This document shows, one piece after another, positions 25,882-32,000 of a DNA stretch of 32,000 nucleotides; position 1 is the stretch's first letter; every line of letters starts with the position of its first letter. The DNA is from Xylanibacter ruminicola 23. Its GTDB lineage: Bacteria; Bacteroidota; Bacteroidia; Bacteroidales; Bacteroidaceae. The stretch lies in assembly GCF_000025925.1 (NCBI RefSeq), contig NC_014033.1:3210001-3242000 (forward strand). Direction: 5' to 3'. The position numbers and the translations under genes were made by a program. Below the pieces are notes generated by a model. It saw only the letters and a list, made by a program, of their open reading frames with translations. It did no database searches and was not told where the DNA came from.

Positions 25882-26457
25882 ATGATTTTCGTTAGTTTAT
25901 TTATCACATTTTTCGAGATAGGTCTTTTTGGCTTTGGTGGAGGTTATGGTATGCTTTCACTCATTCAGCACGAAACGGTCGAGGCACATCATTGGCTCTC
26001 AACATCAGAATTTACCGATATTGTTGCCATCTCTCAGATGACACCTGGTCCTATTGGTATCAACTCGGCCACTTATTGTGGTTATACTGCCATTCATAAT
26101 GCGGGTTATGGTCATCTGGTTTCTATTTTGGGTTCTGCCACAGCTACCTTTGCTTTGGTGTTGCCATCGCTTATCCTGATGATACTTATCAGTAAGATGT
26201 TTATGAAGTATATGAACACATCGCTGGTACAGTCGATTTTTACAGGTTTGCGCCCTGCTGTTGTGGGGCTGTTGGCAGCTGCCACCCTGTTGCTTTGCAA
26301 CACCGAGAACTTCTCTACACCTATCGAGAATCCTTGGCAGTTTGGTATCAGTTGCGCCCTTTTTGTGGCTACCGCTTTTGGTACAGGTTATCTTAAAATC
26401 AATCCCATCCGCATGATCTGCTATGCTGCATTTGCGGGGTTATTGTTGCTGTACTAA
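25882..26457 (+). CDS. chrA: Chromate transporter family protein, short-chain (C-type half)
   Basis: 191 aa from MIFVSLFITFFEIGLFGFGGGYGMLSLIQHETV with the MTPGPIGINSATY block. It starts 16 nt after the first half, the usual paired arrangement for short-chain CHR proteins. Confidence 0.8.
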   Translation: MIFVSLFITFFEIGLFGFGGGYGMLSLIQHETVEAHHWLSTSEFTDIVAISQMTPGPIGINSATYCGYTAIHNAGYGHLVSILGSATATFALVLPSLILMILISKMFMKYMNTSLVQSIFTGLRPAVVGLLAAATLLLCNTENFSTPIENPWQFGISCALFVATAFGTGYLKINPIRMICYAAFAGLLLLY

Positions 26458-26499
26458 TATTTTTTTTGATATTTTGGGATGCTTTTCGCAAAGATTTAT

Positions 26500-26507
26500 T
26501 ATCTTTG
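26500..26507 (+). promoter_or_regulatory. -7 promoter box (TATCTTTG) for the LacI-MFS-sensor cluster
   Basis: Matches TAnnTTTG and lies 22 nt upstream of the ATG at 26530. Confidence 0.45.
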
Positions 26508-26529
26508 CACGCGGAATAATTGGAAACCG

Positions 26530-27555
26530 ATGGAAGAAAAGGCGCCAATGACAATGAAGGATATCGCACGGGAGTTTGGTATTTCCGTGGCTACCGTGTC
26601 GCGTGCACTCAAGGATTCACCCCGTATCAGCGAAGAGCGTCGCAGGGCTATCCAGCAGTTTGCACGCGAGCATAACTTCTATCCTAATGCCATTGGCGAG
26701 GCTCTTCGCCATAGTCGTGTTATGCCCCAACGTGTTATTGGTGTAATAGTACCAGAGTTCACGCATTATTATTTCTCGTCCATCCTTACAGGTATCGAGG
26801 AGGCTGCTGCTGCCCGTGGCTATCGTATCATGGTGGCGCTTAGTGGCGAACAGTACGAGCGTGAGGCACAGATATGTGATAACTTCCATCGCTTTAAGGT
26901 GTGCGGTGTTATTGTGTCGCAAGCCAAGGATACCAAGAACTACGATCACTATCAGAAGTTGATTGATGCAGGTGTGCCCATCGTGTTTTACGATAGAATA
27001 TGCACGGGTGTAAACGCCAGTCGTGTGGTTGTTGATGACTATATGGGTGCCATGAACGCCGTTAATTACCTGATAGAGTCGGGCTGCAAACGTATTGCTT
27101 TCTATGGCGGTCCGCTTCAGCTCGAGATATCCAAGAACCGTTTTAATGGTTATAAGGATGCCTTGTTGAGTCATGGTATGCAGATTGATGAGAGTATTGT
27201 GCAGGTGTGCGATAATCGTGCCGAAGCCGAGGAACTTACACCTAAACTGATGGCGATGGATAATCCGCCGGATGGTTATTTTGCAGTGAATGACGATACG
27301 GCTATCGGTGTGCTCTATACCGTTAAGCATGCAGGCTTCAAAGTGCCAGAGGAAGTGCAGATATGTGGCTTTACTAACGGACAGCGTGCTGTGGCCTGCG
27401 ACCCGATGCTGACTACCGTTGAGCAGCGTGGTCATCGTGTAGGCGAGGAGGCTGCTACCATTCTGATGGATAAGGTCGAAGGTCTGTCGCCACTCGATAA
27501 GGTAGAGAAACACGTGGTTAAAACCCGTCTCGTTGTACGAGGAACAACCAAATAA
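26530..27555 (+). CDS. LacI/GalR-family transcriptional regulator
   Basis: Start set at MEEKAPMTMKDIAREFGISVATVSRALKD, a LacI-type HTH, because the track ORF extension overlaps the promoter. A periplasmic-binding-protein-like sugar-binding core follows (VIGVIVPEF, DGYFAVNDDTAIGV). Confidence 0.9.
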   Translation: MEEKAPMTMKDIAREFGISVATVSRALKDSPRISEERRRAIQQFAREHNFYPNAIGEALRHSRVMPQRVIGVIVPEFTHYYFSSILTGIEEAAAARGYRIMVALSGEQYEREAQICDNFHRFKVCGVIVSQAKDTKNYDHYQKLIDAGVPIVFYDRICTGVNASRVVVDDYMGAMNAVNYLIESGCKRIAFYGGPLQLEISKNRFNGYKDALLSHGMQIDESIVQVCDNRAEAEELTPKLMAMDNPPDGYFAVNDDTAIGVLYTVKHAGFKVPEEVQICGFTNGQRAVACDPMLTTVEQRGHRVGEEAATILMDKVEGLSPLDKVEKHVVKTRLVVRGTTK

Positions 27556-27578
27556 TTGAGAACTAAGAATTAAGAGAT

Positions 27579-28880
27579 ATGAAACAAAAACCTGATTTGT
27601 CTTTTTGGAAATTGTGGAATCTGAGTTTCGGATTCTTTGGCGTGCAGATTGCTTATGCTCTGCAGAGTGCTAATATTTCACGTATCTTCCGCACGTTAGG
27701 TGCCGATCCTCACTCTCTGAGTTTCTTCTGGATATTACCCCCGTTGATGGGTATTCTGGTGCAGCCTATCGTGGGTACGCTGAGCGATAGAACTTGGACC
27801 CGTTTCGGTCGTCGTATACCTTATCTGTTTATTGGTGCCTTGACTGCTGTAGCAGTAATGTGTCTGTTGCCAAATGCTGGTTCGCTAGGTCTTAGCATCT
27901 CCATGGTAATGATCTTCGGTTTGCTCATGCTGATGTTGCTCGATACCAGTATTAATATGGCCATGCAGCCATTTAAGATGATGGTGGGCGACATGGTAAA
28001 CGAAGAGCAAAAGGGTAAAGCTTACTCTATCCAGTCGTTCCTGTGTAATGCGGGTAGTGTAGTGGGGTTCCTGTTCCCGTTCATATTTGCCTGGATTGGC
28101 CTGAAGAATGTGGCTCCCGAAGGCGTTGTACCCGATACGGTTATCTGGTCGTTCTATATTGGTGCTGCCATTCTTATTCTCTGCGTTATCTATACTACGC
28201 TCAAAGTCAAGGAGTGGACGCCTGAGGAGTATGCCGAATACAATCCTGTATCTAACGAGAAAGAAGATTCGGGCAACTGGTTCGTATTGCTTAAGAATGC
28301 CCCTTCGGCATTCTGGCGTATCGGCTTGGTGCAGTTCTTCAGTTGGGCTGCTTTCCTTTATATGTGGACATATGTGGTTGATGCAGTGTCGATTACGGTT
28401 TGGGATACTGCAGATTCTGCCAGCGAAGCTTATCAGGTGGCTGGTAACTGGACGGGTGTGCTCTATGCCATTCAGGCTATGAGCTCGGTAGCTTGGGCAG
28501 CCCTTATTCCACGCTTCAAGAGTATCAAATTGGCTTATGCTGTCAGCATGGCGCTGGGAGGTTTAGGCTTTGCACTTATTCCATTCTGTCCTGGTCAGTA
28601 CCTGCAGATTGTACCATTCCTGTTTATCGGATGTGCTTGGGCTGCCCAGCTGGCATGTCCGTTCACACTGGTTACTAATGCCTTGCAGGGCTATGGTCAC
28701 ATGGGTGCTTATCTTGGACTCTTCAACGGAACCATTTGTGTGCCTCAGATTGTAGCAGCTTTGTTGGGTGGCTCTATCCTCACACTTGTTGGTAGCAACC
28801 AGGCCTATATGATGATTGTATCAGGTATCCTGTTGTTTGCCGGAGCCTGTGCCGTGTTCAATATCAAGACTAAAAAGTGA
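27579..28880 (+). CDS. MFS sugar:cation symporter, GPH/SLC45 (sucrose/maltose-transporter-like) type
   Basis: 433 aa with about 12 hydrophobic segments. N-terminal blocks are WNLSFGFFGVQIAYALQ and LSDRTWTRFGRRIPY, which carries the RxGRR motif. Confidence 0.8.
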   Translation: MKQKPDLSFWKLWNLSFGFFGVQIAYALQSANISRIFRTLGADPHSLSFFWILPPLMGILVQPIVGTLSDRTWTRFGRRIPYLFIGALTAVAVMCLLPNAGSLGLSISMVMIFGLLMLMLLDTSINMAMQPFKMMVGDMVNEEQKGKAYSIQSFLCNAGSVVGFLFPFIFAWIGLKNVAPEGVVPDTVIWSFYIGAAILILCVIYTTLKVKEWTPEEYAEYNPVSNEKEDSGNWFVLLKNAPSAFWRIGLVQFFSWAAFLYMWTYVVDAVSITVWDTADSASEAYQVAGNWTGVLYAIQAMSSVAWAALIPRFKSIKLAYAVSMALGGLGFALIPFCPGQYLQIVPFLFIGCAWAAQLACPFTLVTNALQGYGHMGAYLGLFNGTICVPQIVAALLGGSILTLVGSNQAYMMIVSGILLFAGACAVFNIKTKK

Positions 28881-31798
28881 ATCGATTAACTACGATTATA
28901 CTTTCTTGTATGTTGTCGCTGACCATGTTGGCCAGCGGCAACATATTAACTGAGCGGTATAATCTGTCGTATATCAACCTCGAGAACGGCTTGCCGCATA
29001 ACAATGTCAGTTCGCTTTATACCGATTCTAATGGTTTTTTGTGGATAGCAACATATGGTGGCGGATTAGTGCGTTACGACGGCTATGGTATGATGTCGCC
29101 GATGCTTGGTCTGAAGAGCCTGTCGTGCAAGTCGATAGCCGAGGACCGTTTTAAACGCCTGTGGGTTACCTTCGACGAAGGTACGAATGTCATCGACCTG
29201 CGTACGATGCTTACTGTCGTTCCCAAATCGCCTAATGCCGATTTGGTGTCGCTGCTTTCTCAGTCAGGTGTAAAATCCTACTGCGATGCTCTTGGACGTA
29301 TCTGGCTTATTACCGACAAACGCGTTAATCTGATTACTTTTGCCGAAGATGGAAGTGTAGCTCATATTGCCTCATATCAGTATCGAGGTAATACCCCTGA
29401 GATATGTATTTGTGATGTTGAAGGAAATGGCAAACCTTGGGTAGGTATCGATTACGGTATCTATCGTATGGTAGAGAAGGATGGCAAACTGGTAAGAGAA
29501 GAGATATCTACCTTGCTCCATCCCTTGTATGGTCTTTATATTACCGATATCCTGAAGCGTGGTAATACTGTTTGGCTCACCACTAACCATGGTCTTTTCC
29601 GCTACGATCCATATCTGCAGCGTTTGGATCAGACGCCCATCCAGCATCTCTCGCACGAGTTTTTGTCGAGTCTCGCCCTGATGCCAGATAATACACTGTT
29701 GGTGGGTTCGCTATGCGGTGTGAACATCTACGACGATAAGTCGGGCACTTTTACGGCTTGGACGCAAGCCAGCAATCCACCACTGAAAAATGATTTTGTG
29801 CATTGCTTGCTGGTGAATGATGGATTGATATATGTGGGAACTGAGGCTGGTGGTATCATCAGACTCGTGCCAAGACAGTTGCTGTTGCAGAATAGTATTC
29901 ACACTCAGGACCCCAGTTCTCTATCTCCCAATCCTGTGAATGCCATGTACGCAGCTCCTGATGGGACACTGTGGGTGGGAACAGTTGAAGGAGGTTTGAA
30001 TCGCAGAGTTAAAGGCGAACGAGCGTTTATCCATTATACAAAGTCTAATTCAGCCCTGCCGCATAACAGTGTATCTACATTGGCTGCCGATGGCTATGGT
30101 CGTTTGTGGGTTGGCACGTGGGGAGGCGGACTCTGTTGGATTGACATGAAGAATCCTCAAACCATTGTCCGTCTTGAGCTTCCTGCCGAACAGGCCCGGT
30201 TAACCAATTATATCGGCGCCATGGCTTACGATGCCATTAACGGCGGCATGTGGATTGGTAGTAACGATGGTTTGTTTTTCTATAGTTTTAAAAACAAACA
30301 GTTGATAGAACCATTCGAAGAGTGCCAGTTGGTGCGAGGTTGTATAGGCTCGATCGTAACGCGCGATGGTCACTTGTGGATGGGGTGCATGCAAGGTGTT
30401 GTGATCGTCGATTTGAAATCAGAGAAGAATGGACAGTTTGCAACTCGCAATATCCGCCATCTTTTGGCCGATCCTACATCCAAAATCGTTGATAAGATTT
30501 CTTCGTTTTGCGAAACCAGCGATGGTACTCTGTGGTTGGGTAGTAACGGATACGGCTTGTATAAGCGTGTGGTGGATAATGATGGAAAGGAGCATTTTGA
30601 TGTGCTGACGCAGGAGGATGGATTGGTATATAATGGCGTGAAAGGCATCGTAGAGGATCGTAATGGCAGATTATGGATTACTACTCAGAATGGTTTGTCG
30701 GTCTATGATCCCAAATTGCAGGCTTTTACTAACTACTCACAGCATGATGGATTGATAAGTCCGCATTTCTATTGGAACTCTGCTATAAAGGATGCTTCTG
30801 GTAATATTTGCTTGGGTAGCGAGGCAGGATTGATAGAAATGCTTGATGATAATACCGACACCCATTATCATGGTCATCTCACATTCACCCGATTGATGGT
30901 GGATAACCAAGAAGCATTAGCAGGCAGTGGCTATTTGACTGAAGACATCTCTGTGGCCAAGAATATCTGGTTGAAGGAGGGACATCGCTCTTTCTCTATT
31001 GATTTCTCTGCCCTCGACTATGGCTATGAGATGCAGGGTGTGTACAGCTACCGTATGAAGGGTTTTGATAACGATTGGGTTGTCTTAAAGCCTGGTGAGC
31101 ATTCGGTGCGCTATAGTGTGTTGCCTGCAGGCAACTACACTTTTGAGGTGAACTATAAGTCGGTCCAGACGGCTGTTGAGGGTACTACCATCTCTATCGA
31201 GGTCGTTGTGAAACCGTATTTCTGGCGTAGCTGGTGGTTCCGTATGTTGCTAAGTATCCTGTTTATAGTATTCCTGATATATTTATATAATAGGTGGGCC
31301 GCAGTTGTAAAGCGTCGCGAGGCAGAGCAGTTACTGACACCTATCCGCAGGGTTTTGGAAGAGTCTGACGACCCTCGTCAGTTGCAGTCTCGCATCCAGA
31401 ACATCCTGGATAACCAAGAGCGCTATAAGCAAAGCGTGACCAAGAGTGTGGAGGCCGACAAGGAGGAAGTAATGAAGAGTACACGTCCGTTTATGGAGCG
31501 TGTGATGGAGATTATGGAGACGCACTATATGGATTCCGAGTTCGGAGTGCAGGAGTTTTGTGATGCTTTGGGTATGAGCCGTAGTGTAGCCAGCAAGCAT
31601 CTCAATGCCGAGGCTGGACTGCCTGTTGGACAGTTCATCCGCAATTACCGCTTGAATATGGCTAAGGAGATGTTATCGTCTAAAACCACTAACCGTAATA
31701 TTACTGAGATAGCCTATGCAGTAGGCTTTAATGATCCTAAATATTTTACGCGCTGTTTTACTAAGATGTATGGTGTCAATCCAAGTTCTTGGTCTTGA
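28877..31798 (+). CDS. Transmembrane one-component regulator: periplasmic Reg_prop beta-propeller repeats, Y_Y_Y domain, one TM helix and AraC-type HTH, with no kinase or receiver
   Basis: GTG start overlaps the MFS stop (GTGA). Signal peptide MNRLTTIILSCMLSLTMLASG. Propeller repeats include LPHNNVSSLYTDSNGFLWIATYGGGLVRYDG, LPHNSVSTLAADGYGRLWVGTWGGGL and GIVEDRNGRLWITTQNGLSVYDP. YYY block is YSYRMKGFDNDW...RYSVLPAGNYTFEV. TM helix WWFRMLLSILFIVFLIYLY at aa ~785-803. AraC HTH is ITEIAYAVGFNDPKYFTRCFTKMYGVNPS. Confidence 0.85.
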   Translation: MNRLTTIILSCMLSLTMLASGNILTERYNLSYINLENGLPHNNVSSLYTDSNGFLWIATYGGGLVRYDGYGMMSPMLGLKSLSCKSIAEDRFKRLWVTFDEGTNVIDLRTMLTVVPKSPNADLVSLLSQSGVKSYCDALGRIWLITDKRVNLITFAEDGSVAHIASYQYRGNTPEICICDVEGNGKPWVGIDYGIYRMVEKDGKLVREEISTLLHPLYGLYITDILKRGNTVWLTTNHGLFRYDPYLQRLDQTPIQHLSHEFLSSLALMPDNTLLVGSLCGVNIYDDKSGTFTAWTQASNPPLKNDFVHCLLVNDGLIYVGTEAGGIIRLVPRQLLLQNSIHTQDPSSLSPNPVNAMYAAPDGTLWVGTVEGGLNRRVKGERAFIHYTKSNSALPHNSVSTLAADGYGRLWVGTWGGGLCWIDMKNPQTIVRLELPAEQARLTNYIGAMAYDAINGGMWIGSNDGLFFYSFKNKQLIEPFEECQLVRGCIGSIVTRDGHLWMGCMQGVVIVDLKSEKNGQFATRNIRHLLADPTSKIVDKISSFCETSDGTLWLGSNGYGLYKRVVDNDGKEHFDVLTQEDGLVYNGVKGIVEDRNGRLWITTQNGLSVYDPKLQAFTNYSQHDGLISPHFYWNSAIKDASGNICLGSEAGLIEMLDDNTDTHYHGHLTFTRLMVDNQEALAGSGYLTEDISVAKNIWLKEGHRSFSIDFSALDYGYEMQGVYSYRMKGFDNDWVVLKPGEHSVRYSVLPAGNYTFEVNYKSVQTAVEGTTISIEVVVKPYFWRSWWFRMLLSILFIVFLIYLYNRWAAVVKRREAEQLLTPIRRVLEESDDPRQLQSRIQNILDNQERYKQSVTKSVEADKEEVMKSTRPFMERVMEIMETHYMDSEFGVQEFCDALGMSRSVASKHLNAEAGLPVGQFIRNYRLNMAKEMLSSKTTNRNITEIAYAVGFNDPKYFTRCFTKMYGVNPSSWS

Positions 31799-31853
31799 TT
31801 TAGCTCAAGGATGTGAATTGATATAGCTCAAGAAGTGGAAAATATACACGGAT

Positions 31854-31880
31854 GAGGACAAAAATTATTTTGTCCTCCTT
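31854..31880 (+). terminator. Hairpin/terminator after the sensor-AraC gene
   Basis: GAGGACAAAA (31854-31863) pairs perfectly with TTTTGTCCTC (31868-31877) around a 4-nt loop. The tail is only moderately T-rich (CTTATTAATCATTTT). Confidence 0.5.
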
Positions 31881-31899
31881 ATTAATCATTTTGTCCACC
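31867..31899 (+). repeat. Direct repeat ATTTTGTCC(T/A)CC, two copies 21 bp apart
   Basis: Copies at 31867-31878 and 31888-31899 match at 11 of 12 positions. They end about 20 nt upstream of the -7 box at 31920. Confidence 0.7.
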
Positions 31900-31919
31900 A
31901 TTGCTTTGTTTTATCTCCG

Positions 31920-31927
31920 TATCTTTG
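31920..31927 (+). promoter_or_regulatory. -7 promoter box (TATCTTTG) for the next downstream gene
   Basis: Matches TAnnTTTG and lies 55 nt upstream of the ATG at 31983. Confidence 0.45.
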
Positions 31928-31982
31928 CGCCAGATTATTTCAAATTTTAACTAATTCAAATTAAAACTTAAAACAATTAGCA

Positions 31983-32000
31983 ATGAGAAAACATGTATTT
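31983..32000 (+). CDS. Start of an unidentified gene (MRKHVF...), truncated by the window end
   Basis: An ATG follows a consensus -7 box, and the basic residues MRK are typical of a signal-peptide start. Only 6 codons are visible. Confidence 0.3.

Noticed and set aside
26617-27513. 298-aa minus-strand ORF
   Set aside because: It lies fully inside, and antisense to, the clearly recognisable LacI-family regulator. It is a shadow ORF.

Overview
The window looks like a Bacteroidota chromosome segment, probably Prevotella/Bacteroides-like. This rests on TAnnTTTG -7 promoter boxes upstream of most genes, many SpII-type lipoprotein signals, and a Reg_prop/Y_Y_Y periplasmic sensor. I had no database search, so every family call comes from motifs read in the supplied translations. 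About 20 real genes are tightly packed. On the minus strand: a partial Wzx/MurJ-like flippase and a SpmA/SpmB-type membrane protein, then later an MgtC-family protein, a GNAT-like protein and a Upf1-like SF1 helicase. On the plus strand: a GH3 glycosidase and CE1-like esterase pair, pyridoxal kinase, an RluA-family pseudouridine synthase with a long N-terminal extension, a divergent M1 metallopeptidase, purL, a split ChrA pair, and a LacI regulator, GPH/SLC45-like MFS symporter and transmembrane propeller-sensor/AraC regulator. The least ordinary block is 2.9-9.2 kb. It holds three adjacent, independently promoted lipoproteins that share an LruC/DUF4842-like core but carry different accessory modules: tandem CBM-like modules in one and a ~22-residue-period solenoid in another. 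They sit next to the GH3/esterase pair with no SusC/SusD. Other points worth a second look are a propeller/YYY sensor joined directly to an AraC HTH with no kinase or receiver, short direct repeats at 20-21 bp spacing in two promoter regions, and a pair of related intrinsic terminators exactly 180 nt apart that may bracket a small RNA. I found no rRNA, tRNA, CRISPR array, integrase or transposase. Most short ORFs in the track are antisense shadows of the long genes.
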